Source of the DNA: a virus
Taxonomy: Duplodnaviria > Caudoviricetes
IMG/VR virus record: IMGVR_UViG_3300042691_031247
Length of the DNA stretch: 64,000 nt
Direction: 5' to 3' (one strand)
Position 1 is the first letter of the stretch; each line of letters opens with the position of its first letter. Position numbers and translations under genes: made by a program. Under the pieces are notes generated by a model. That model worked only from the letters and a program-made list of their open reading frames with translations. It was not told where the DNA came from and did no database searches. Of the stretch, positions 45,229 to 56,400 are shown piece by piece.

Positions 45229-46956
45229 TTATTGGCATGTTCCAGATACAAGTCGCGCCGTCGCGCCCAGATCACTGACTAATGATACCGGCACGGTGTC
45301 GGTTTGGGGGTCCATACCGGTGAAACGCTGCACGGTCTCCGCCGTCAAGTGTTCGGGGTTTATGCTATCTTTATCGGCCGTCAGCTCAAAAATCGCAATC
45401 ATGGCCGTGTGTGGCGGCAATAATTGACGTAGATGCCTAATATTGTACAGTCCCAGCTGATTTAACCCTAGCGCGTTCACATAAATTCGTACTACAAACA
45501 CGTTGTTTCGTAGCACGTTTTCCACGAGAAAACGCAGCGGATTAATAGTCTTCGGCAACTGCGACGCGGTCGGTTCCGTGCCGGCGTTTACGCGCTTGTC
45601 TAGCAGGTGCGCAAGCGTGCCGATTTTTAACTTTGGCGCGCAATCGGGCTGCGATTTGCGTAGCTCCGCTGCCTGCACGCCCCGGGCATGTACCTCGTCA
45701 AAAAACTGCTCAATGTCCGCCGGGTACCCGCCGAGCCGAAATTTTACATACGTGTAACCACTTGGATGTGTCGTGTTTACTTCGAGCGGAACGAGTTTGT
45801 TTTCAAACACGATGTCGCCATAAAAGCACGACGCCAAAAATCCGCTATCGACAGCAATGGCGGCGATTGTTTTTCTAACCGGTTGACACTGCTCGTCGTT
45901 TGGATCTACAAGCAGCTCTTCTTCGCTTTCGGTTGTGAGCGCGTCCCACGCGTTGCTCGACAAGATGTTATTCGGCGGAGGGCAGCACAATACGCTTTGC
46001 TCTGGCGCCCGCGCATAAGAGTTACCGACAAAAAACTCGTGCACGTCGACGCCGTACACAAGAGGCGTGCCGGCCGTTACGCGCTGTTCGACCGCTACGC
46101 GCGGTACCGCGGTCTCTGGAAAGCGATAGACCGCTTTGTCGGTAACTATTAATAATCCTCGTGCGTCGTTGTCTACGCGCTCGACAACCTCTTCTGGTTC
46201 GACGCTAATTGGGACGCCGCAGATAGCTGCAATAGCGGCGTCAAGAATTGCCGCCGTCGCGCCGCCTTCTACCAGACCAGAGATGACAGCGTTGGTGAGA
46301 TCCTTGTAGCCCTGACTTGTTCGGAGCTTTATACCGACGGCGTATGCAAATTGGTTGAAAATGTTGTTGTAGTCAAACTTACCGCAGAACGCCCACAACG
46401 TAAGTTCTTCGTCGTCCGCCGTGTCTGCAGCCGGTCGTTTCGTGAACACCGGGTTTTCAAACGGGTCTTTGGCAAAAATCAAAGCGCCGCGCTCGACGTC
46501 GATAAGAAAGTCGAGGTTTTTGCTGAGGACGCCTGTCGGAAACGTGATGCGATTAAACAGTTGCGCGGCGTCTACAAGCCCGGCCGGCAGCGGGAAAGAA
46601 AAGAACGGGGCGTTTACATTCGCGGCGTCAAACTGTAAGCCGCCATCAAACACAGCGGACGGGTCGCGATCAAACCGCGCGATTGTTGTCCGCGCGGAGT
46701 TGCGCTCGGATTTTTTCAAAACAACAGGGGTAAGCTTCTCCGTGTGAAATAACGGAATATCAAATCGGCTTAGCGCTTCGATGGTCTCGATCAGGTTTTG
46801 ATACGTCTGGTTTACGACGTGTGCTGTCGCGTCGGCATACGAATGCACTTGATCAACGCCGGTGTAGAGGCGTGACCAGAAGCTACCAAGCGCCGCAATT
46901 AAATTGCGACTGCGGTCAAAGTCTGATCCGGGATATACAAACTCAGGCTTTTTCAT
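45229..46956 (-). CDS. Baseplate wedge subunit (gpI/gp7-like)
   Basis: Follows baseplate J; LGSFW N-terminus; LRQLLPPHT ending typical of this class. Confidence 0.65.
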   Translation of the reverse strand: MKKPEFVYPGSDFDRSRNLIAALGSFWSRLYTGVDQVHSYADATAHVVNQTYQNLIETIEALSRFDIPLFHTEKLTPVVLKKSERNSARTTIARFDRDPSAVFDGGLQFDAANVNAPFFSFPLPAGLVDAAQLFNRITFPTGVLSKNLDFLIDVERGALIFAKDPFENPVFTKRPAADTADDEELTLWAFCGKFDYNNIFNQFAYAVGIKLRTSQGYKDLTNAVISGLVEGGATAAILDAAIAAICGVPISVEPEEVVERVDNDARGLLIVTDKAVYRFPETAVPRVAVEQRVTAGTPLVYGVDVHEFFVGNSYARAPEQSVLCCPPPNNILSSNAWDALTTESEEELLVDPNDEQCQPVRKTIAAIAVDSGFLASCFYGDIVFENKLVPLEVNTTHPSGYTYVKFRLGGYPADIEQFFDEVHARGVQAAELRKSQPDCAPKLKIGTLAHLLDKRVNAGTEPTASQLPKTINPLRFLVENVLRNNVFVVRIYVNALGLNQLGLYNIRHLRQLLPPHTAMIAIFELTADKDSINPEHLTAETVQRFTGMDPQTDTVPVSLVSDLGATARLVSGTCQ

Positions 46957-46958
46957 AA

Positions 46959-48674
46959 TCAGCGCGTCCAGCCGGCGGAGACTACGGATACCGATACATC
47001 TTGCGGGCTTGTTAAGAACGCGGTGGTGCGTCCGGTGACGAGCCGCGCAACGTCGTCGGGGATTTGCAGAATCGTGTTATCACGCACAAAAGCCGTGCTG
47101 CCGTCTGGCCGGCGAATACGGCCAAACATATCAATACCCCCGAGCGCTTGCTGCGCTGTGAGGTACTGGTGCGCTGCCGTACCGATAAGCGACGCGTGCA
47201 GCTGGCCAGAGAAACCAACACCGGCGACAGCCTTACTTACGGCCGCCTTGATCGCTTCAATATCTGGCGTCGGGTCAGCCGCGTTCTTACGAATTTCAAA
47301 CGCAATTTTTGTAAAGCACGGGATCGGAGCTTTGACCAGTACGTCTGCGGCGCGGGAGCGCGTTTCGCGGGACGCCATGTAATCTTGAAGCTCCGCGATC
47401 AGCGGGAGCCCGGCCGTAGTGATTGAGTACAGCCGTTTTGTTTGTCCCGGCGTCAGCGTCGGGTTTGGCTGGATGTCCGTGTTTACAAACCGGATCGTGG
47501 CTGTCTGGTAGCGTGTATATGCGCTTTCAGTTAGATACAGGATGTCAGGAATGAAGTCGAAATCAGAGAAGTCAACATTCCGCTCGTCGCTTAGCACAGA
47601 GTAATTGACTGGTAATGCCGCCGCGGGATTTACGATGCCGACAACTTCATAAAAACCGGGCGCAAGGTCACGACCGATTGATACCTGCCAGATGGTTCCT
47701 GTCGGTGTGCCGCCCACCAAGTCGCGCTCGTCGCACGGACCGGTCGCGTTTTGCTGGGGCGAATACGGCCCGATATACGTCGCTTCTAACAGGTGCTCGC
47801 GTTCTTGCGCATACGCGTTGGTGTGCGCATAGATATCCACTTTGCCGCCACCGGAGATCGGAAAGAGGGAGTGCTGATCGCGCTGCTGCTCCGCGTCTCC
47901 GCAGCCGAGCACAGACAGGTGCAGCGTATTAGCAAAAACGGGTTGCGTTTTAATGGCCGCCATGTAGCTCTGCCGGCTGCCGATCGTTTTTGCGGCTAAA
48001 CCGGTAGACAGGCGCGTAAGGTATTCGGCGTTGGTCGCCGGGTCGCGCCCGTCGATAAAGTCGGCACTGGCATAAAGATCTACAACGTTGCTGATCGAGC
48101 CGCGGCTGTTTAGCCGTGTGCGGCGGCGGATGTTACCGGCATCACCCACGACGCTAGCAATGACAGTAATTGTCGCGGCGTACGTGCCGTCACCGACAGC
48201 CACCATTTTGCGCTGATCTGGTTCCGTGGCCGGCAGCAGCGGGTCTGTTGGGAACACCACAAAGTTTTGTGTCGGACTAAAAGTAATGTCGCCGTCCTCG
48301 ATACCAAAAATCGCCGCGGTTGTGATCTCCGTGCGAATGTCAGAGTTGAAGACAACTGTGACATAACCCACCGCGGGGGAACCGTTGTCGCGCGCTACAT
48401 TGAAATTAGACAGTACCTGATCGACGATATCGGTGTCGGCGAGATCTGGATTCTGTGTGATGCTCAGCAAGCTCTGACTCTGCAGCACGCGATCAACGTT
48501 TTCTTGAATTGCCGCGTTTAACAGTCCGTCAAAGTACAGTACGAGATCGTGGAACACACCACGCGACAGCTCGACCTCGGGATGACGTTCGGCCATCAGC
48601 TGCGATAACGTCGCAACCATCGCCTGTACTTTTTCAGGGTTAAGCTGTTTGAGGCTGGAAATGGCAATCGGCAT
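46959..48674 (-). CDS. Baseplate J-like wedge protein
   Basis: LSRGVFHDLVL, GN...T.L, GRDPATNAEYLTR, GGGKVDIY. Confidence 0.85.
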   Translation of the reverse strand: MPIAISSLKQLNPEKVQAMVATLSQLMAERHPEVELSRGVFHDLVLYFDGLLNAAIQENVDRVLQSQSLLSITQNPDLADTDIVDQVLSNFNVARDNGSPAVGYVTVVFNSDIRTEITTAAIFGIEDGDITFSPTQNFVVFPTDPLLPATEPDQRKMVAVGDGTYAATITVIASVVGDAGNIRRRTRLNSRGSISNVVDLYASADFIDGRDPATNAEYLTRLSTGLAAKTIGSRQSYMAAIKTQPVFANTLHLSVLGCGDAEQQRDQHSLFPISGGGKVDIYAHTNAYAQEREHLLEATYIGPYSPQQNATGPCDERDLVGGTPTGTIWQVSIGRDLAPGFYEVVGIVNPAAALPVNYSVLSDERNVDFSDFDFIPDILYLTESAYTRYQTATIRFVNTDIQPNPTLTPGQTKRLYSITTAGLPLIAELQDYMASRETRSRAADVLVKAPIPCFTKIAFEIRKNAADPTPDIEAIKAAVSKAVAGVGFSGQLHASLIGTAAHQYLTAQQALGGIDMFGRIRRPDGSTAFVRDNTILQIPDDVARLVTGRTTAFLTSPQDVSVSVVSAGWTR

Positions 48675-48681
48675 GCTACAC

Positions 48682-49158
48682 CTACGGTAAAGTTGCGATG
48701 GGGACTAGTATTTCGCGGGAATCACCGGCGCGGCTAGTGATAGCGATGCTGAGATTCATGTAACCCGGCAGCAAGCCGACAGATATAAGTTCCGCGTCAT
48801 CAAGCCGTTCGTCGTCTGGCATTCCTTCGTATTCTTCGTTTTGCAAAGTAACGCGAATACGCATGTTCGAGGCGTGAAATGTTTGCGTCACGTTTAGCTG
48901 CGTTTTAATGCTGCCCTGTCGGACAAACGTCATGAAATCGCAGCCGCGTTCTGGCAAGCCGGGCATTGACCCCTTTTCAGTCAAAAACTCTAACAGCCAC
49001 CGTTGGGCGAGCTTTTGCGGCCCGGCGCATATTTTTCCCGGGTTGTCTTCGGAGTATAGAACGAGATCGAGCCGGCTGTTGCGTGCGTCACCGCTTCGCT
49101 GCAGCGCGAGAAAGTCGTACTTTCGATTTGCAAAATCGGCGATGCTCATAACGCTCAC
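48682..49158 (-). CDS. gp25/GpW-like baseplate sheath initiator
   Basis: GPQKLAQRWLLEFLTEKGSMP..PERGCDF pattern; directly upstream of J. Confidence 0.7.
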   Translation of the reverse strand: MSVMSIADFANRKYDFLALQRSGDARNSRLDLVLYSEDNPGKICAGPQKLAQRWLLEFLTEKGSMPGLPERGCDFMTFVRQGSIKTQLNVTQTFHASNMRIRVTLQNEEYEGMPDDERLDDAELISVGLLPGYMNLSIAITSRAGDSREILVPIATLP

Positions 49159-49622
49159 TTACCGGCATTGATGTGCGATTGCACGCCGTCTTTCAAAAAT
49201 GAAAACACGCTTTTCTTCGGAAGCCCGTGGCCGTCGAGGCGCCCGTGCATAAAGCAGGCGCAGCGAATCATACTGGCGTGCCGCAGCCGCCAGCCCCGTT
49301 CTTCAGTCGCCATAAAGTCAGCCTGCCATTTCATAGCTACAAGATCGCCAGTGGTGCCGCCTTGGCTGCCCGGCCCGGCCAGTACGCTCATTGAGTACGT
49401 CTGATTAATGCCGTCCCGGTTCCAGCTCGGCTCGTGGAGGTTTGGTACGTCGAGCAGTTCTTTTTGCTTCATTTCGTCGGGGGTGTGCCACGGCCGCCAG
49501 TTGTTTTGCTGACGAAACGTTTCTGACATCTTTTTTGCGCGCTCTTCCAACTGGTTAATGCGCGCTTCAAACTTGCCGTCGACCTGCCCTTTAGTTGTGC
49601 CAATTCCTTGCGGTTTATCCAT
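49155..49622 (-). CDS. Hypothetical protein in the baseplate cluster
   Basis: 155-aa ORF, 4-nt overlap with the gp25-like gene. Confidence 0.65.
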   Translation of the reverse strand: MDKPQGIGTTKGQVDGKFEARINQLEERAKKMSETFRQQNNWRPWHTPDEMKQKELLDVPNLHEPSWNRDGINQTYSMSVLAGPGSQGGTTGDLVAMKWQADFMATEERGWRLRHASMIRCACFMHGRLDGHGLPKKSVFSFLKDGVQSHINAGK

Positions 49623-49629
49623 GTGTCAC

Positions 49630-50451
49630 CTAAAAAGTGCTTTGTGTGTATTGCTTGTCTAACATCGCTTGAATTTTTGCTGCGCGTTGGCTTACGGCGC
49701 CGGGCGTAATGTTTAATCGGCGAGCAATCTCTTGCGTGCTCGTTTTGCGCCGGCCGTTGCGCCCCAGCGTCATGTCAGCAACAAGCTTGTCGATCGGACT
49801 CAGATCTTCGTAGACAAACTTAAACCACGCGTCCGCCGCTCGCGTGCTGTTCGGAATTGTGCTCGCGACGTCGCCGCCGTAGCTTTCTTCGTCCATAACT
49901 TCGCGTGTTGTCATGCCTTCAGATACAGGCTGATTGAACGCACGAATCTTTTGAATACGGCGCGTAGACAACCCGGTGGCGTCCGCGACTTCATCGTCGG
50001 TCGGCTCGCGGCCAAGCTGGTCACGCAGTTCGTTTTCGCTCTCGTTGAGTCGCGTGTAATCTAACCCTACTTGTTCCGGGATAGCGATAATGTTTTGATT
50101 CTGGGCCGATACCCGCCGGAGACTCTGCAGCTGCGACAGAAGATGTGTGCGCACATTCCCGCGGTTGGGGTCGTACGTGTCGAGCGCTTTTAACGCCATA
50201 AGCTTGGCTCGCGACCGGATTGTCGGGCTGGCGGCTTGCCCGGCGTAACTCATCACCGCGGTGTCGATTACAGGCTGAAGTGTCTGCAGCAGCGCCGAGC
50301 TGGTCTCGGGGGTTTTGTGGGCGGCCCACTGCGGGTACAGACTGTCAAACTCCGGGCTGACGCCGGCTGGTTTTTTAGCTGAAAACGGTGGCGGGGTGTC
50401 GCCCAGTATGGACGGCATGCCTTGCTGCTTTTTGTTATTTATATCGGTCAT
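49630..50451 (-). CDS. Phage sigma70-family sigma factor (FliA/SigF-like regions 2, 3 and 4)
   Basis: ALKALDTYDPNRG (region 2), LGREPTDDEVADATGL (region 3), LSPIDKLV...TQEIARRLNITPGAVSQ (region 4 HTH); ATG 50451 overlaps the hub stop. Confidence 0.88.
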   Translation of the reverse strand: MTDINNKKQQGMPSILGDTPPPFSAKKPAGVSPEFDSLYPQWAAHKTPETSSALLQTLQPVIDTAVMSYAGQAASPTIRSRAKLMALKALDTYDPNRGNVRTHLLSQLQSLRRVSAQNQNIIAIPEQVGLDYTRLNESENELRDQLGREPTDDEVADATGLSTRRIQKIRAFNQPVSEGMTTREVMDEESYGGDVASTIPNSTRAADAWFKFVYEDLSPIDKLVADMTLGRNGRRKTSTQEIARRLNITPGAVSQRAAKIQAMLDKQYTQSTF

Positions 50452-52070
50452 TTCAGCGTATATCCCGACCATTTTTGGCCTTTGTACAGCGGCGCAGTTT
50501 CTTGCGTAATTTTATTGGTTCTGAGATCTTCTAACTCGGTGCGAATGTACGACAAATCAAGCGACGTGCCGGCGAGGGCGCGTTCGGCGTTAATCGCGTA
50601 AGACACCTTCGTGACTGCCGCAATTAAATGCCCGCCGCCCTTACCAACGTCGCCGTCAGGGAGTTTAATTTTAACGATACTGCCCGGCGCAATATCAAAA
50701 CGCAGTTTACCAGACAGTTCGCCGTATCTTTGGCTTAAAAACTCGGTGTGGTAAAAGTGTTTTGCAAAACGTGTGCATACCTCGTTGTACATGGCATCGG
50801 CGAGTTCGGCTGGCTTTTTCCAGCCGGCCGGTAACGACGATTCACCTGTCTGTGGCGCAAGGCAGTCGCCCGGCCGTTTGCCGCCCTCGCCGGTCGTCGG
50901 CCCGCACATGATCGGCCACGGCGACGTGTTCGCCAACCACGATGGTAAGTCTTTAAATAGCTTTAAACCTTGCTGCGGTTTTTGCGCCGTAGCAGCGTCG
51001 GGCCACTGACCGGACGGCGTCGAAAACTTATCGCTGCTCTGCATGTCACCGCCGAGATGCAGCATAGGATCCATTTGCGCCGGCCAGAACACCGTCACGT
51101 TCTCGATCAGCTGGTGCATGGTCGAGTTAAAGTTGGCGTAGCTATAGTCGTCCGCGTGGATAGTGAGTTTGTCGCTACCGCTAAATTTAAGCCCGCCAAA
51201 AAAAGGAATGACGTACGCTTTGTCGATACACGGCGACACGGCAAAGAAAAACTGCGACGCATAATCACCGACGAGCGTGCTCCAAAATGTTGTATACGCA
51301 AACGATTCAACCGCGTCTTTGGTGAGCGCCTGCCGGACAGACATCTCGGCATTCAAACCGACGCCACTAATATCTAAACTCAATTTTGCCGGACCACTAA
51401 AACTAGGCGCTTCGTCGGGCATGCGCGCGAGGGCTTTGAGCGCGGCGTCATTTGGATCGTTTGACGACGTCTTCCACCCGGCCATGGTTTTAAAAATTGG
51501 TTTAATAACGTCGCCCCACAAATTCTGACTGATATTTGACTCAGTGATAATTTTTTCGTTGGCGTCGATAATCGGGACAGGTGACCAAACGTTTCCGTCG
51601 CTCGTTTGCAGCGCTTCGAAAGCTGCGTTCTGCGCCATCAAAAACGGCGCGTTTGGCGCCCACTTGCCATTAAGCGCAGACGAGTTATTCAGGTCGTCGA
51701 GCCAGTGCACGACGTTGATGACGTAATTGGCGCTATTGTGCGAACGCTGATACCCGACGCTGACCAAAAAACCTTCAAATATCTTTATCTCGCCGCTTTC
51801 CATTTTGTCTGTCTTACCGGCTGACGGTGTAATGGTTAAAAACACTTCAACCGGCGCGCGGGGCTGCAGCGCCACTTTTGCCATATGAATAGTCGCCGGT
51901 GCTCCGCCGCGGGCGTTTTGACCAACGGCGACAGTGATACTCGCGGTCGGTATTGTGTTCAGCGGAAACGACGCCGAAATCGCAACAATCTCATTACTAA
52001 AATCAAACCCAGCTATCTTTGCGCGGAGTTTAAATTTTGTGTGTACGTAATTCGGGTTCAGCTCGGTCAT
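50448..52070 (-). CDS. Baseplate hub protein (gp27/gpD-like)
   Basis: KIFEGFLVSVGY N-terminal and GKLRFDIAPGSIVKI...VTKVSYAI C-terminal patterns; position. Confidence 0.7.
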   Translation of the reverse strand: MTELNPNYVHTKFKLRAKIAGFDFSNEIVAISASFPLNTIPTASITVAVGQNARGGAPATIHMAKVALQPRAPVEVFLTITPSAGKTDKMESGEIKIFEGFLVSVGYQRSHNSANYVINVVHWLDDLNNSSALNGKWAPNAPFLMAQNAAFEALQTSDGNVWSPVPIIDANEKIITESNISQNLWGDVIKPIFKTMAGWKTSSNDPNDAALKALARMPDEAPSFSGPAKLSLDISGVGLNAEMSVRQALTKDAVESFAYTTFWSTLVGDYASQFFFAVSPCIDKAYVIPFFGGLKFSGSDKLTIHADDYSYANFNSTMHQLIENVTVFWPAQMDPMLHLGGDMQSSDKFSTPSGQWPDAATAQKPQQGLKLFKDLPSWLANTSPWPIMCGPTTGEGGKRPGDCLAPQTGESSLPAGWKKPAELADAMYNEVCTRFAKHFYHTEFLSQRYGELSGKLRFDIAPGSIVKIKLPDGDVGKGGGHLIAAVTKVSYAINAERALAGTSLDLSYIRTELEDLRTNKITQETAPLYKGQKWSGYTLK

Positions 52071-52954
52071 CGATGTAATCTCACTTGTTCTGTGCGGTAG
52101 ATAAGCGCCATGACGAGTCCGGCCAGTCTATAGGCTGGTAACGGGTGGTCAAACCACACATTTTTAAACGTTGCGTACGGTTCTTCAGGCGCAACGCCAA
52201 ATAGATCAAGAAACAGCGGCTCACCGAGAATTTCAAGCGTCGGCAGCAATGACGTGATTGCGGGCACTGGATTAGCGAGCAAGTTGATGTACCAACGCCC
52301 TTCGTACGTTGACGGGTCGGTGCTGAGTGCGCTGAGCTTTACGCGTACCTCAGTTTCAGGCAGTACGAGCGTCGGGAGCCCGTCTGCAACGGTCTGGCGT
52401 GTTTCTTGACGCTGGTCGTTAAGCGTCTCGGCACTGACTGTAAGAAACTCAGACTTTAACTCTTGCAGCATCAGTCCTTCGCCGGATTCCAGCGTCAACA
52501 CGGAACCTTCTTGTTCGCTAAGCACTGGGGTGTCGAGCGGGTCAACAAACGTGAGCGTGTATTGCCGATGCGCCCGCCCGGAGCCGTTGGCCGCGATAAA
52601 CTCGCCCCCAACCGCGACGGCGCGCGACGGCCCGCGAATTTGTTTAATCCAGATACCTGTCGGAAACTGAAAAGACGTCGCCGACGCTTCGGGCCAGTAT
52701 GTCACCCGGGGGTCGAGCTTGTATATGTATTCCGATAGTTCAGTTTGGTGTACGTAGCTCAGTAGTTCGCGGGCGCGCAGATTTAAAAACCGTTGGTCCG
52801 GCAGCGAGCCAAATAACACGCGGCGCAACGTCTTCAAAGTCTGCGGCAACACAAGCGGCCGGTATTCTACAGGAATGTACTCGTATCCGGCCAGCTGCTT
52901 GTCGGCGCTCTGGGCGAAGATATTCAACAAAAGTGTGCGGGCGTGATTAATCAT
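52067..52954 (-). CDS. Hypothetical protein in the baseplate cluster
   Basis: 295-aa ORF, ATGA-coupled to the hub gene. Confidence 0.65.
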   Translation of the reverse strand: MINHARTLLLNIFAQSADKQLAGYEYIPVEYRPLVLPQTLKTLRRVLFGSLPDQRFLNLRARELLSYVHQTELSEYIYKLDPRVTYWPEASATSFQFPTGIWIKQIRGPSRAVAVGGEFIAANGSGRAHRQYTLTFVDPLDTPVLSEQEGSVLTLESGEGLMLQELKSEFLTVSAETLNDQRQETRQTVADGLPTLVLPETEVRVKLSALSTDPSTYEGRWYINLLANPVPAITSLLPTLEILGEPLFLDLFGVAPEEPYATFKNVWFDHPLPAYRLAGLVMALIYRTEQVRLHR

Positions 52955-52959
52955 GACGT

Positions 52960-53412
52960 CTACTTCTTTGGCAACACGTTAAACCGAAGAGACCACTGCG
53001 CAATTGCTGTTTGCGGGTCTTGCACCTCGACGCGCATACCGGTGAGGAACGCCCAGAAATTTGCGTTTGCGCACTCCCCGATATGGACCGAAAGATTGCC
53101 TTTTTCTTTAATGCGGTTTTGCGTATAGAAATCAAACAGGTTGCAGATCTTAGCTGACGAAGCGTTACCACATGTCTGCGAGAACCCGAAGCCCGACACC
53201 GTCAGCTCGCCGATTCGGTCACCGAACGCGTACACGTAAATAAAATCGTTTACGGTATGTAGAAACTGGTAATTGCCGTTTAGCTCTAGCGCGAAGCCAG
53301 ATATCGGCATGGTGAACTCGCCGCCGCTGATATCAACTTTAAATACGGCATCGCCAGAGCAGCCGGGAATTTTAGCGACGGCGCCAACGCAGGGACTAAA
53401 GACAGCAGCCAT
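52960..53412 (-). CDS. Tail tube initiator-like protein (tube fold)
   Basis: YQFLHTVNDFIYVYAFGDRIGELTVSG; directly after the tape measure gene. Confidence 0.6.
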   Translation of the reverse strand: MAAVFSPCVGAVAKIPGCSGDAVFKVDISGGEFTMPISGFALELNGNYQFLHTVNDFIYVYAFGDRIGELTVSGFGFSQTCGNASSAKICNLFDFYTQNRIKEKGNLSVHIGECANANFWAFLTGMRVEVQDPQTAIAQWSLRFNVLPKK

Positions 53413-53419
53413 ATATCAC

Positions 53420-56400
53420 CTATCTGTGGTAAGAACCGGTTCCGCCCGCCATGTCGACTGGCGTACCGTCTGGCGTCTGTTCCATGTGGCGCCCGCTGGC
53501 CTGCATTACGGCCTCTGACAGGCCCTTTAATACAAGTGTGCCGGTAAGCTGCATGTCTCTCCCGCGCTCGTTGTCTTGAACGCCGCGCTGGGCACGCAAC
53601 GCTTGCTCGGCGTTTTGCTGCGCAACACTCGTCGCCTCGCGACCAGATGACACAAACGCTGCTTGTGTCTGCCGGATCGCTGTTACACCGGTAGACGCGC
53701 CGCTAGCCCACGGCGGCTCGCCGCCAGCGCTTGGAGCGTCGCCGCCTATGCTCGCCATCGGATCAATTTGTTGCTGCGCCGGATCAAGCGTTTTGATTTC
53801 GTCGCGCCGCTGGCGCAAGAAATCGTATTGCTTTTTGTCGTCACTAGACAGTTGCAGTTCGCTTGTAAACCAACCGGACTTTCCGCGCGATGCAATCTCT
53901 TCCATCTGCTTGGTAACAGTTCCAAGCGGATCGCCTGATTCGAGTTCTTTGCGTCGCTGACTCAGCGCGTCATATTTTTTGCGGTCTTCTTTTCCTAGCT
54001 GCAGTTCGCTAGTAAACCAGCCAGACTTACCGCGAGACGCAATCTCTTCCATCTGCTTGGTAACAGTTCCAAGCGGATCGCCGGATGTAATCTCGTCTTT
54101 GCGGCGCTGCAACGACGTGTATTTTTCTTTGTCTTCGTCGGATAGCTGTATTTCGCTGGTGAACCACCCCGGTTTGCCGCGCGACGCAATATCCTCCATC
54201 TGCTGCGTAACAAGCTGCAGCTGCTCTTGCTGCGACGGTTGACCCTGCGCACCGCCGCCGCCAGATAGCAAATCCATCATCTGCTGCAGCCCGCTCGAAT
54301 GCAGGGCTGCAGCTTGTTTAGGATCAAGATTTTGTGAAGTAAGTCCGCCGGCCGCGGGCGCTGGCGCGCCAGACTTTACGCGTTCCATTACTTTGGTCGC
54401 TTGATGTTCGGCCAACGTTTTGTGCAGGCGCGAGACGTTCGCGCGCTCTTCTTTCGACAAGAACATGCTGGTGCGCGCGCCGTCCAGCCCGTCTAAGCCC
54501 TTTTGCTGATCTTCTGGCGAGAACTTATCAAATAGCTTGCGCGCTTCGCCGCCGGGGAGCGACAGCAGCTGCTTTCGCTTATCCGTGTCGTACATCGCCG
54601 ACGTAAAGTTATCCGCGGTTGGATCTTTACTAATTTCGTCGACAACTTTTTGCTGCGCGTCTGTTAGTTTAGCGTCATCTGCGGCAGACGGTGTTGCCAG
54701 CTCTTTCTTTCTTTTCTGGAGTTCTTCCCACCGCTGCTGGTCCTCGTCGTTGCTGAATCGCATGTCAGTAGCCATCCAGCCGCGGTCTGTACCGCGTTTG
54801 CGCAGCGCCTCAATTTGAGCGTCGACGCTAGCGGGGTCGTCCATGTTGGTCTGCTTGGAACGAAACGTTTCCAACCCCTGCTCTTTGGCCGTTTCACGTG
54901 CTTTTGCGTAAACGTTGTTAAGCTGCTGCACGCCACGGTCGCCAGAGCCAAATACTGCTTCCAAGTGTTTTTTGGCTTTCTCTTCGGCGCGGGCTGGGAC
55001 CGAACCCTCGCTTTCAAAGTGCTTGATCATTTCTTCCTTCAAGCGCTTTGACATAAACTGCGCGCGATCTTCCGGTGTGTCGTCAACTTGGTTACCCATT
55101 TCGTTGATTGCAACGCCGGCGGCGACATCGGCCGTTTTGCGCATAAGATCTTTACGTCGGGCGTCGAACTGTTCGGCAGTTACGTTTTCCGGTTTAAGCG
55201 CAGCATACGCACGCTTATCGTAATTTTGTTCGAGCTGGTCGAACGTCTGCTTGCTAACGTCACGCGTAACCTCGTTGGTCTTGGCTAACGGTCGTTCTTG
55301 CGCCTCTGTGACTGTTTGCGCCGTTTGATTTAATCCGGCCGCAGCTAGCCCGCCGAACTCTTGCGACGCGCGTAATGCTTTTGACATAGCGCGGGCTTCT
55401 TCTTGTTTTGCGTCACTGAGTTTGCCGCCGAAGAAACCGCCCTGCATTTTCTTTTCAAATGCCGTTGTATCTTTATCCAGCGCAGCTTGAGCGAAAGCAT
55501 CGATTTGCTTCTGGTCAGCTTTCGGACCCAACACAGACTCGGCCATAGCGCGCGCGCCAGCCGTGACGTCTTCTTTTTTGCCGGTGTTATACGCTTTGAT
55601 GACCGCTGTAGACCGCCGGCGTTGCGCTTCGTTTTGTTCTTTTTGCGCAGGCGTATCACCCGCAGCCGTGTTACCGACCGCCATTTGAGCGCGGGCGTAG
55701 AGCGTCTGCTGCTGCTCGGCAGTCAATTCTTCGTCCGGCTTGAACCCTGCCATTGTCTTTAGTTTTTTCGCTTCCGGGCCAGTCGGATTTTTTTGCGCCT
55801 CTTCGTGCAGCTTTTGAATCTGCTCGGGTGTGATAGTAGCAGACGTATACATCTTGGCGGCTGCTACTAAACCTTCCTGCATGTCGGGCGCATACTTCTG
55901 CAGCATCTCGTCTTCCGACATGACGTTTAAGACGTGCTTTAATGATTCCGCGCGCGTACGCGTATTGTCCGACGAAATGTTATTTAATTCGTCGCCGACC
56001 CGTTGCGAGAACGTAGACTCGGTTCCCAGCGCGGCCTTATTGAAACGCTCGGCGCGACGCTCGTCGACCTTTTGCTTCGCATCAGCGTTCGCGAGTGCGC
56101 CGCGATCGCGGATTTGCTTCTGCCCCTCAATATTAACGCCCGTGCGCTCTTGCAGGATCGCGCTGGATTCCGTGTAGAGTGCGCGCATGTTTTCTTTGCG
56201 CGTTTCCGGGTCGGCGCCGTAAAGGGCGTTGAAGTATTTTTCAGCCCGGGCGTCGGCTGCGCGTTTGCCGAGATTACCACCGTCTTTACTCTGGAAGTAA
56301 TTCGACAGCTCTTCTTTGCCGCGCTTTTCGAGCGTCGCGTCAACCTCTTCGCTGCTCATGTCTTTCGTCTCGTTCATCACGACATCGAGCATGCGATTAG

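Noticed and set aside
53800-54235. 147-bp repeats as a CRISPR-like array
   Set aside because: The period is a multiple of 3 and the repeats lie inside the tape measure reading frame
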